From an uncultured Chloroflexia bacterium (GTDB lineage Bacteria; Chloroflexota; Dehalococcoidia; UBA2979): a DNA stretch of 64,000 nt. This document shows, piece by piece, positions 42,350-51,464 of this stretch. How positions within the stretch are numbered: the stretch's first letter is position 1; every line of letters starts with the position of its first letter. The stretch is from positions 416,001 to 480,000 of the forward strand of contig CAVSIV010000006.1 of the NCBI GenBank assembly GCA_963728205.1, written 5' to 3'. The position numbers and the translations under genes were made by a program. The notes under the pieces were generated by a model, which saw only the letters and a program-made list of their open reading frames with translations, had not been told where the DNA came from and searched no databases.

Positions 42350-42865
42350 ATGACCGACCGTCCGCTCGGGCTCGACACCCCGTTCGTCGGGGGGCACGCC
42401 GATGTCTGGCGGTGGTTCGACGACGCCGCGCGGCTGCGCGCCATCGCGGACGCGCTCGTCGCGCCCTTCCGCGGCGACGTCACGAAGGTGGCGGGCATCG
42501 AGTCGCGCGGCTTCATCCTGGGCACCGCGGCGGCGCTGGCTCTCGGTGTCGGCTTCGTGCCGATCCGCAAGGCCGAGGGCCTGTTCCCGGGGCCGAAGGT
42601 GTCAGCCGACGCCGGGGCCGACTACCGCGGCAACCGCCACACCCTGCGCCTGCAGCGCGCGGCGCTCGGCCCGGACGACCGCGTCCTGCTGGTGGACGAC
42701 TGGGTCGAGACCGGCAGCCAGGCGCGCGCGGCGCGGACGCTGATCGAGCACTGCGGCGCGACGATGGTCGGCATCGCCACCGTCGTCACGGAGGCGTCGC
42801 CGGAGGTGCTCGGCGAGCTCGGGCGGGCGCATGCGCTGGTGGCCGGGCGCGAGCTCGGCGGGTAG
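42350..42865 (+). CDS. Adenine phosphoribosyltransferase-like type I PRTase
   Basis: VAGIESRGFILG..GFVPIRK..RVLLVDDWVETG. Confidence 0.85.
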   Translation: MTDRPLGLDTPFVGGHADVWRWFDDAARLRAIADALVAPFRGDVTKVAGIESRGFILGTAAALALGVGFVPIRKAEGLFPGPKVSADAGADYRGNRHTLRLQRAALGPDDRVLLVDDWVETGSQARAARTLIEHCGATMVGIATVVTEASPEVLGELGRAHALVAGRELGG

Positions 42866-43048
42866 CTCTGCGGTTGCGGAGATGCGGCAGGACCCGAGGC
42901 CGCGGCGGAGTCGCCCAGCGAGAGAATCACTCGTCTTGCGACAGTGCGCACTCGGCCGTGCCCGAGGGAAGCGGGGATACACTTGGTGCGTCACGGACGC
43001 GCAGCCGCTACGTTGCGCATCCGCCGAGGACGATGGAGGCACGCAACG

Positions 43049-43399
43049 ATGGCGAGCCCTGCGCCGAGTCCGGCACGTCACGACGAGCGATTCATCACCG
43101 TTCGTGGGTTTGTCGTGCAGCGGCCCGATGGCCAGTGGTATGCCCACTGCATCGATCTCACCATCGATGCACTCGCTCCGACCCGGGATCAGGCACTCGA
43201 GAAGATGAGCAGCGCCACCCTCGCCTACCTCACCTGGGCGACGGAGCGGGGCGTGCCGCTGATGCGGCCGTCGCCGCTGCGTTTCCGGCTGCGCTACTAC
43301 GCGCTGGCGCTGCAGGACCGGTTCCGCGGTCTCGTTCCGAGACCGCCACAGCCTGAGAGCCGGAGTGCGCGCACCTTCCACCGGCCGATAGCAGCCTAG
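43049..43399 (+). CDS. HicB-like (RNase H-fold) antitoxin
   Basis: GQWYAHCIDLTIDALAPTRDQALEKMSSATLAYL; RBS ggagg. Confidence 0.7.
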   Translation: MASPAPSPARHDERFITVRGFVVQRPDGQWYAHCIDLTIDALAPTRDQALEKMSSATLAYLTWATERGVPLMRPSPLRFRLRYYALALQDRFRGLVPRPPQPESRSARTFHRPIAA

Positions 43400-43678
43400 C
43401 TAGGTTCGCTTCACCCGCTTGTTGATCTTCTTCGCGGTGCTCGCGGTCTGGCGGTAGAAACCCTCGCGACTCAAGCCAGACTGCGCGATCATTGTGCCGA
43501 TACGTTGCTTCTCGAACTCGTCGTAGGCGGTATCCACAGTCACGAGCCTGGGCCGCCCGCCGATACCGTCATGCTCCCAGTGCTCGTGTGAGCCTTCCGT
43601 CCGGTCCAGTCGGAAACCCGCACTCCGCAGGATGCTGCGCACGTCGCGAACGGTGAGCGGCGGATACTTGCGCGGCAT
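43400..43678 (-). CDS. hicA: HicA-family toxin
   Basis: RDVRSILRSAGFRLDRTEGSHEHW..LVTV..IAQSGLSREGF. Confidence 0.88.
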   Translation of the reverse strand: MPRKYPPLTVRDVRSILRSAGFRLDRTEGSHEHWEHDGIGGRPRLVTVDTAYDEFEKQRIGTMIAQSGLSREGFYRQTASTAKKINKRVKRT

Positions 43679-43823
43679 AGTCTGCGCTCCGGCATTCCCA
43701 GACAGTCTTCCTGTTCAGCCGAAGCAGGTCGTTGCGTAGCGCAGCACCGGATGCGCACGCCTGATCCGTGAAGTCGAATAGCGCATCGATGCTCCATGGA
43801 TCAACGCATCACGTAGCGAAGGC

Positions 43824-44264
43824 ATGCCCCGCCTCCTGCCGGACGGCCGCGTCGCCTGGTGGTGGTCGGACGGTCGACTCGTCGACCAGCGCGGCGGCAC
43901 GGTCCTCGACCTCGCCGCTGTCTACGCGCTCGCAACACCCGTGGCGTTCCTCCCGAGCCCCGACGGGTCCGAGATCGCCGTGACCTGGATGGGGCCGTCG
44001 GACGGGCCGTCGGCCCAGTGGTACTGGACGCGGTTCGAGCGCCGGCCGGACGGCAGCTACGCGCCGCGCGAGACGCTCGCCGAGCCGGCCGGCACGTTCG
44101 TCTCCGTGCCGTACTGCTGGCTCGACGCGACGCGCGCGCTCGGACCCGAGGGCGTGATCGACTTCGCGCACGCCCAGCTGCAGCCGGTCCGGGAGCTGAA
44201 GGACGTCGACGGGGTGCCGGACCGCGAGCGATTCCCACTCATGGTGCTCGGCGGTGCCGGGTGA
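43824..44264 (+). pseudogene. 5'-truncated propeller fragment
   Basis: LLPDGRVAWW..PSPDGSEIAVTW..WLD; no signal peptide; resembles VLPSGRVAWW of the 10130 gene. Confidence 0.5.
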
Positions 44265-44410
44265 TCCGGCGCGGCGAGCTCGCAGCCCTGGTGCTGCTCG
44301 CGGCCGCTCTCACGCGACCGGCTGTACCGCGCCGCGCCCGCGCGGAACGTCGACGCCGACCGTGCCGCCGCCACGCCGTCCCCTCCGGCCACCGCGCCCG
44401 CGTGCCGTGA
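44261..44410 (+). pseudogene. Orphan lipoprotein N-terminus
   Basis: GTG IRRGELAALVLLAAAL..GC followed by S/T/P linker codons, then the abrB promoter. Confidence 0.4.
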
Positions 44411-44438
44411 TGCTGTAAGATCACGATCGGAGGTAAGG

Positions 44439-44702
44439 ATGTCTGACGTCGTAAGGGCGAAGGTCACCTCAAAGGGGCAGATCACGCTCCCGAAGGCGAT
44501 CCGAGACGCGCTCGGCCTGGAGGAGTCGTCGGTGGTCGAGTTCGAACTCACCGACGGAGGCGCACTGCTGACGCCGGCGCGCGGCGGTTTCCTCGACCGG
44601 TTCGGCTCGGTCACCCCGCGGCGCCGGCCGGAGCACTGGGGGCGCGTCCGCGCTGCCACCGCGAAGCAGGTCGGCCGTGACGTCGCCGACGCCGGGCGCT
44701 GA
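44439..44702 (+). CDS. AbrB/MazE/SpoVT-family antitoxin
   Basis: AKVTSKGQITLPKAIRDALGLEESSVVEF; RBS ggagg. Confidence 0.92.
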   Translation: MSDVVRAKVTSKGQITLPKAIRDALGLEESSVVEFELTDGGALLTPARGGFLDRFGSVTPRRRPEHWGRVRAATAKQVGRDVADAGR

Positions 44703-44708
44703 ACGCGC

Positions 44709-45128
44709 TTGCCCGCCTCGCTGATCTTCGTCGACACCAACATCTTCCTGCGGTTTCTGACTGCGGACCACGCGCGGATGGCCGAGGACTGTCGCCGGCT
44801 GTTCGAGCGGGCGGAGGATGGCGACCTCCAGTTGCACACGTCGCATCTCGCGCTCGCGGAGATCGTCTGGACGCTGCAGTCGTACTACGACGTGCCGCGC
44901 AGCGAGGTCGCCGTGATGCTCAGCGACCTGCTCGCGCTGCGGTCGCTCCGCGTCGACCAGAAGGAGATGCTGCGGGCCGTCGTCGAACTCTATGGCTCGA
45001 CTAGCGTCGACTTCATCGACGCGTACCACGCGCTCGATACTCGCCGCCGCGGGATCGAGCGCGTCTGCTCGTACGACCGCGACTTCGATGCCCTCGGCGT
45101 TCAGCGCGTGGAGCCGCCCGACGTTTGA
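44709..45128 (+). CDS. vapC: PIN-domain toxin VapC
   Basis: FVDTNIFLRFL..LAEIVWTL..VDFIDAY..SYDRDFD. Confidence 0.92.
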   Translation: MPASLIFVDTNIFLRFLTADHARMAEDCRRLFERAEDGDLQLHTSHLALAEIVWTLQSYYDVPRSEVAVMLSDLLALRSLRVDQKEMLRAVVELYGSTSVDFIDAYHALDTRRRGIERVCSYDRDFDALGVQRVEPPDV

Positions 45129-45323
45129 CGGCCATCTCCGCGCGGGGCCTCCCGCGACGGGCGCCGGCCACGAAGCGCCACGATGGGCGGTGGGCCGCGC
45201 TGGAACAGTGCTCCCGCGCAGCGCCCCGCCCGGAACGGGACCTGCGCCGCGCCGGAGCATTCGCGCGCGTCATGACGTTCGCAAATACGAACAGGGGAAC
45301 CCTGGGCGCACCTGCGACGTACT

Positions 45324-46786
45324 GTGAGCGGGGCCCGAGCCACAGGGGGGTTCGTCGCGAACCGACACGCCGCGCCGCTGCTGGCGCTGACGACGGCGCT
45401 CATCCTGCTCGGCTGCAGCCGGGCCGCACCCGCACACCCCACGGCGACCCCGGCCGCGACCGCCGCGGCTGCGCTCGCCACCCGGCCTGCCCCGTCGCCC
45501 TCGCCTGCCGTCTTCTTCTCGACGGCGACGCCCGCGTCGACGCCGGCCATCGACCGGGTGGCGCGGCCGGTCGCGGGGTTCCCGTTCGGCGGGGACGACG
45601 TCATCCACGCGCTTGCCGCGACGGGCCTCGACTACGCGCCCGAGGACAGCGGCGTCGGCTGCCCGAGCGTCCACGCGCGTGGCGACGTGTACCGCTCGCG
45701 CGACGCGACGGCCGCGGCACCTTCGTTCACGCTGTGGGTGTTTCCGTCGCCCACCGAGCTGCGCCGCGACTGGTCGGTCGCGGCGCCAGACGGCACGCCG
45801 CGATCCCGCGACGGATGCGCCGTCAGCGAGTACGCCTTCGTGCACGAGAACCTGCTGGTCGACTTCCCCGGCGACTCCGCGCCGGGGGCGGCGCGCGCCG
45901 CCTCGGGCCACGCGATCGCGCGTGCGATCCTCGCGCTCTCGCCCTCGACGCTCGGCACGCCCGTCCCGTACGACGTCTGCGCCCACGGCGACGGCTGGAC
46001 GCGCCCGTCGGCGGCCGCCATGCAGCAGTTCTTCGCTGCGAGCGGCCACGGCGACGGCACGCTGCCGTTCCCGCGCATCTACGCCACCTCCCTGGCCGAC
46101 TTCGTCGTCGACTTCAGCGGGCCTGCCGCGGCGGACCTCGACGAGACGCGCGCGACCGTCCGCGCGATGTTCGACGCCGCCGGCACGCCGTTCGCCCTCG
46201 ACTGCCAATCGGCCCTCCGCGCGATGGACGCGTGGTCGCTGCTCGTCGTGGACCACCACGTCGTCGCGGTCCGCGGCGACGGCGATCGGCTGGTCGTCAC
46301 GGTCGAGCCGGCGCCGCCGGCCACTTCGAGGCGCTGCGGCTCGGCTCGACGCGCTTCGCGACGGTGCAGGTCGCCGACGCGAGCGGGCGCGAGCTGTTCG
46401 CGGGCGGCGTCGACGGCTGGAACCGATGGGAGCGCGACGACGCGGGCCGGCTCGTCTACGCGACGGCCTTCGGCGAGGGGGACGGCGTGACGAGCGACCC
46501 GCTGCCGATCGGCGGCGAGCCGGTGCAGGTCACCGGGCTGGGCCTGGCGAACCTCGCGGAGCGGTTCACCGTCGCGGGCGCGGCCGGGCAGGCCACGCCG
46601 GTGGCAGGGGGCCAGTTGCCCGTGCGCCACCTGCAGGCGTGGGCGGGGCCGGTGCGGCTCGACCTGCCGGCGGGCTGGTACCCGGTGCACGTCGAGGTCG
46701 TGCGCAACGGCGCGACCGGGCCGCAGTTCGCCGGCGTCGCGATGTTCGGGGACCAGGTGCCGTTGCCGCAGCGAGGTGCCCCATGA
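45324..46786 (+). CDS. Lipoprotein of unknown function; frameshift near 46320
   Basis: LILLGC lipobox; continues in ORF 45125..46786; ATGA overlap with the next gene. Confidence 0.62.
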
Positions 46787-48711
46787 GCCGAAGCCCGTGG
46801 CGTACCACTGGTGTCGCCATGCTCCTTGCGCTCACCTTCGCGATCGCCGGCTGCCGTTCCGCGCCGCGGCCGCCGGCGACGGGCACCGCAGGGACGGGCG
46901 CCGGCGAACCGAGGGCGACCGCGGCCGGCACGTACATGGATCCGATCGCGTACTGCGCCGCCGTCGGCGACCTCGACCGGCCGTCGAGCGATCCTCGCTA
47001 CGCCGGCCCCGCGGTGCCGCGCGGCGTGATCGAGACGTACGCCGCGGCGGCGGGGACGGCGACGCCAAGCGCCGACCTCCTCCAGCACCCACCGGCGCTG
47101 CCGTGGCGCTGCATGGGCGGCCGCGTGTACGTCTGCGTCGTGGGGGTCGCAAGCGGGAACGGGTGCGCGGCCGCGAAGACCATCAGCACGCCGACCCCGC
47201 GGATGGAGGCATGGTGCGCGCAGCCGCGGCCGACGCCGCCTTCGGGCCTGCCCGACTTCGTCCCGATGTCGGAGACCGACAACCCGAGCGTCTACGAATG
47301 GGAGTGCCGGGACGGCCATGCCGTCGCTGTCGGCCCGCCCGCCGCCGTCGACACGCGCGGGTTCGTCCGCGACCACTGGGCGGTCGTGGCGCTGGGGCCG
47401 GGCAGCGCATCGCCGACGGCCACCGCCGCCACCCCGTTCCCCACAGTCACGCCACTGACCCGGGGCGAGATCGTGACCGTCGACACCGCGCCGTACCCGG
47501 CGGCGCACATGGACGACGCCACCGCGGAGGTGGACGTCGGCGCGCTCGACCTGCAGCAGTCGTCGCTCGTCCTCGACCGTGCGACCGCGCGCCTCTACCA
47601 GGTCCCAGGCGCGTGGCTCGTCTGCTTCGTCCCCACAAATGACGGCCGGCCGGTCGCGATTGCGTCGACACCGCCGGGGACAGGCAACGCCATCCAGCAA
47701 CGAACGCTGCTCCTGAGGTTCGACCCGTTCGAGGCGCAGGTGCTCGACGTGCCGATGCGCGTCGTGGCCGCCTGCCCCGGCGAGTCGCCGGGCCACCCGG
47801 GCGACCCACACGCCGTCGACGTCGAAGTGTTCGCACCGACCTCGCTGACGAAGGACGGCCGCCGGCTGCCGCCCGGCCGCTACAGCTTCGATCCCGGCTC
47901 GCTGCAACTCACGTTCGTGCGAACGGAGCCGCCGTACGGCGCGGGCGTCGGCGCGGGCGCTCCCGACGGCAGCGTCGTGGCGCGCTGGCCCGGCGCCGAC
48001 GCAGGCGCCGCCTCCATCGAGCTCGTGCGGCGCTTCGGCGAGAACTACCTGGAGGACGCAACATCGGGGAGGACGATCCTCGTGGGCGTCGACGAGTACG
48101 CCGTATCGCCCGGCGGGCGCCTGCTCGCGACGTCCGCCTCCGCACCGCCCGGCGGCGACCGGCGCGCTTACGTCGTCGACCTGGCGTCCGGGGCAGTCAC
48201 TCCGATCGGGATCGACGCGACGGGCGGCTTCGCCTGGTCGCCCGACGGAAGCTGGGTCTCCGCGTTCTGGCGCGGCTCAGCACAGGCGGGCGGCCCCGCA
48301 ACGTCGGTGATTGAGGTCCGTTCCGGGAGCGGGCCGAGCGTCGTGGTCGGCCCCGTGCTCGGCCCGTTCGATGGGCGTGTCGTCGAGGGGTGGACCGCGG
48401 ACGGGACGCTGCTGATGGCGCGCCCGGCTCCCACGACGGGCTCGGGGGTGCTGCTGGAAACGCTCGACGTCACGACCGGCCGGGTCGCGCCCTTCGCATC
48501 GGAGACGGAGATCGACACGGCGGCGGTGTCGCCCGACGGGACCGCGATCGCGACGAGCGGCCCCGGTGCCCTGCTCGCAGTGCGCTCCCTCCCCAATGGC
48601 GGCACCGCCGAACCGCGCGCGCTCGACGGCGCCACGATCCGCGGAGCGTTCAACCTCTCGTGGTCATCGGACAGTCGCTGGCTCGCCGCATGCGTTGGGT
48701 CGACGGAATGA
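46783..48711 (+). CDS. Lipoprotein with Cys-rich N-terminal module and TolB-like propeller
   Basis: FAIAGC; DPIAYCAAVG..WRCMGGRVYVC..C..WC..YEWEC..VDTRGF; FAWSPDG, VSPDG, SWSSDSRW. Confidence 0.78.
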   Translation: MSRSPWRTTGVAMLLALTFAIAGCRSAPRPPATGTAGTGAGEPRATAAGTYMDPIAYCAAVGDLDRPSSDPRYAGPAVPRGVIETYAAAAGTATPSADLLQHPPALPWRCMGGRVYVCVVGVASGNGCAAAKTISTPTPRMEAWCAQPRPTPPSGLPDFVPMSETDNPSVYEWECRDGHAVAVGPPAAVDTRGFVRDHWAVVALGPGSASPTATAATPFPTVTPLTRGEIVTVDTAPYPAAHMDDATAEVDVGALDLQQSSLVLDRATARLYQVPGAWLVCFVPTNDGRPVAIASTPPGTGNAIQQRTLLLRFDPFEAQVLDVPMRVVAACPGESPGHPGDPHAVDVEVFAPTSLTKDGRRLPPGRYSFDPGSLQLTFVRTEPPYGAGVGAGAPDGSVVARWPGADAGAASIELVRRFGENYLEDATSGRTILVGVDEYAVSPGGRLLATSASAPPGGDRRAYVVDLASGAVTPIGIDATGGFAWSPDGSWVSAFWRGSAQAGGPATSVIEVRSGSGPSVVVGPVLGPFDGRVVEGWTADGTLLMARPAPTTGSGVLLETLDVTTGRVAPFASETEIDTAAVSPDGTAIATSGPGALLAVRSLPNGGTAEPRALDGATIRGAFNLSWSSDSRWLAACVGSTE

Positions 48712-49990
48712 TGGCGACGCGGCGACCCGGCGCGCTGGTGACCATGGCCGCGATCGCTCTGCTCGCCGTCGCGTGCTCGAGCCGTTCCGGCCCGCCGAGC
48801 GCCCCGCCCACCCCGACCTCCACCTTCGCGGCCCCGCCGACGACCACGGCCCCGAGGACGCCGAGCAGCGACGGCACCGCGAACCCGCCCGGCACCCTCG
48901 TCCCGCCGGGCACGCCCGCGCCCACCGCCGTCCCCTGGACGCCCGACCCCACCACGGTCGCGGCCCCGCTCGCAGAGGACGGGAGCGCGTGGTTCGTCAT
49001 GGCCGGCGACGTCGACGGCGAGCAGCTCGTCGTGAAGAGCCAGAGTGGCAACGACTGTCACCACTTCCAGAACACCCTCGCCAGGTACGACTTCGGCGGC
49101 GGCGCGCCGGCGCCCTTCTACACGGCGCCCGAGCATGTCCAGGTGACGGACGTCTCAGCCGACACGCGGTACGTCGCCTGGATCGAGCAGCGGTACGTTG
49201 CCCAGTCGCTCACGCCCGAGGCGTGCCCGACGGTCTCGCCCGACGCAACGCCACCCAAGCGGGTGATGGTCATGGACGGCAGACCGGCGCGGTCACCGAG
49301 ATCGATCGCGACGAGAGCGGCGCGCCCGCGTTCGGGCTGGCCCTCGACAGCACGCACCTCGCCTGGGCGAAGAGCCGATCGGCGACCTACGGGCCGCACC
49401 AGCTGCAGTCGCTGGAGCTGGTCGACCTCGCCACGGGCGCGCGCCGCACGCTCCTGCAGGGCGACGAGGGGGCGTCGCTGCGGCCGCTCGCGCTCGCGTG
49501 GCCCAACCTGCTGTGGAAGCAGTGGACGGCGTCGACGACCGGGTTCGACGTGGACTGGACGGACGTGAACGCGCCGGCCCCGGGCAACATGCTCGCGATC
49601 CGAACCGGCGACGCTCTCGGCGCCGGCGGCGCGACCCTCATCGATGGCGAGCTCTACCTGGTCACCGGCGCCCCGGCGTTCGCGCGGATCGAAGGGTCCG
49701 ACGTGCTGCGCTACCCGTCGCCCGGAGCGACGCCCGTGCCGGTGCAGCCGGGCGTCCCGGCCGACGCCCACATGTTCGATCCCACGGGAGTGCACGGCGT
49801 GATCGCCTGGCTGTCGCAGGAGCCAGACCGGCTCACGGTGTTCGACGCCGCCCACGGCCGCGTGTACCGCCACAGCGGCTTCGTAGCCGCCGTGGTGCGC
49901 ACATGCGACGCGCTGATCTGGGAGGCGGCGGCGGGCACCGGCGACCCGACGGCATGGTCGCTGTCGCGGCTCGAGGTCGGCCCGCCGTGA
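48708..49990 (+). CDS. Beta-rich lipoprotein; frameshift near 49280
   Basis: LLAVAC lipobox and P/T linker; ..RYVAW.., ..HLAW.., ..VIAW.. repeats. Confidence 0.65.
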
Positions 49991-50078
49991 TCCGGCGGGC
50001 ATGCGCATCGGCGCTCGCCTCGCGGGCTTTCGGACGCGGGACGGCCGCGCTACCGACGACGGTCGACGGGGCAGCGGG

Positions 50079-50990
50079 TCAACGCCCCGCGACGGCCGCC
50101 GTCGCACCGTCGACCGCGAAGCTCAGCACAGGGTGCAACTGGATGCCGTTCGGCGCCGCACCCGACTGGTCGTGCTCCGCGTCGAAGAAACCGACGCCGG
50201 TGAGCGTGACGGTGCCCATGATCGACGCGTCGCTCGACGTTGGCGGCGTGCCGAACGCAGCGATGATCGATGCGCGGGCGGCACGCATCTCGCTCGACCG
50301 GGCGGAGGTCATCGCCCCCACGCACGTCTCCGCGTCCGGGAACTCGACGATCATCGTCGCCCCCGTGCCCGGGTCGGCGATCGTGAGCTGGATGTCGCGG
50401 TCGCCCTGGAGCCTGAACGCCACGACGTTCGCGGTCACGCGGTACGTCGTGAGCTCGGTGGGCGCGGCGCGAGCGTTGTCGTGGAGGGCCGCCGGAGGCG
50501 AGAGCGCGCGCAACGCGTCGACGGTGGTGTCGACGGGCGTGAAGTCCACCGCGCCTGCGTCCGGGTCGCTGAGCGTCTTCACCGCCCAGCGCTCCGCTCC
50601 GCAGAGGGTCGTGGTCGGGACCGGCGGCACGATGGGCGTGCAGCGGAGGAGGACGATCGTGCCGGCGGGGACCTCCTCGGGCACGGCAGCCGCGAATCCC
50701 GCGTTCACAAAGCTCGGCGCGCCGTAGACGTAGCCGAGCGGCGCGCCGCCGACGAAGATCCACGCGGAGTCGGTCGCGCACCCATGGAAACCGGCGGCCT
50801 CCGAGAGCTCGTGCACGGTGCCGCCGCCCCAGACCGTCGCCGCGATTCCCCCGTCCCGCGGGATGGTGCCCTGGAGTCGGTCGGGGAAGTACGGGTCGTC
50901 GCCGGGTGCGGCGCGCGACCGGTGCGGCGAAGCGAGCAACGCGGCGGCGAGCGTGAGGACAATCGCGAGCCCGAGCGATGTACGTCGCAC
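50079..50990 (-). CDS. Secreted protein: 'GGxxxVWGGGT..GAPSFVNAGF' module plus OB-fold-like 'CGxERWxVKT' domain
   Basis: Signal peptide; CGAERWAVKTLSD..DRDIQLTIADP..TMIVEFP..TGVGFFD..NGIQLHPVL. Confidence 0.7.
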   Translation of the reverse strand: MRRTSLGLAIVLTLAAALLASPHRSRAAPGDDPYFPDRLQGTIPRDGGIAATVWGGGTVHELSEAAGFHGCATDSAWIFVGGAPLGYVYGAPSFVNAGFAAAVPEEVPAGTIVLLRCTPIVPPVPTTTLCGAERWAVKTLSDPDAGAVDFTPVDTTVDALRALSPPAALHDNARAAPTELTTYRVTANVVAFRLQGDRDIQLTIADPGTGATMIVEFPDAETCVGAMTSARSSEMRAARASIIAAFGTPPTSSDASIMGTVTLTGVGFFDAEHDQSGAAPNGIQLHPVLSFAVDGATAAVAGR

Positions 50991-51116
50991 GCTAGCTCGC
51001 CTCCCACCCCATCGAGGCTCGGATAATAGCGAACGACGCCGCGCGGGTGGGCAACGACAGGTCCACGGTCGCCGACGGAACGGATACGGTGGTGCCGGCG
51101 AGGAAGGGCGACCGCC

Positions 51117-51347
51117 ATGGGCTGGGAGGAGCGCATCGAGCTGAACCCCAACGTGCTCGTCGGGAAGCCGATCGTGAAGGGGACGCGGCTCGCGGTCGAG
51201 TTCATCGTCGAGTTGCTCGCCGACGGCTGGACCGAGCGCGCCATCCTCGCGGAGTACCTCGGCCTCACCCGCGACGACATTCACGCATGCCTGCGGTACG
51301 CGAGCGAGCGCTTGCACGCCGAGAAGGTCTACCCGCTCGAGCCGTAG
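51117..51347 (+). CDS. DUF433-family antitoxin
   Basis: RIELNPNVLVGKPIVKGTRLAVEFIVELLADGW..IL..Y..LTRDDIHACLRYA. Confidence 0.93.
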   Translation: MGWEERIELNPNVLVGKPIVKGTRLAVEFIVELLADGWTERAILAEYLGLTRDDIHACLRYASERLHAEKVYPLEP

Positions 51348-51353
51348 CGCGCC

Positions 51354-51400
51354 TTGCGCCTACCCCGGATGAGAACGCGGCGCGGGCGCTTGCGGCAGAC
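51354..51400 (+). pseudogene. Remnant of the DUF5615 (PIN-like) toxin normally paired with DUF433
   Basis: ttgcgccta..gatgagaac reads (M)RL..DEN..ARALA across a frameshift, matching the MRxLxDEN start, then stops making sense. Confidence 0.45.
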
Positions 51401-51464
51401 ACGCCGGCGGGCGCACGCTCGTGACGCGGACGGCGCGAGAGCGTGGCCGCGAACGGATCGTCCG

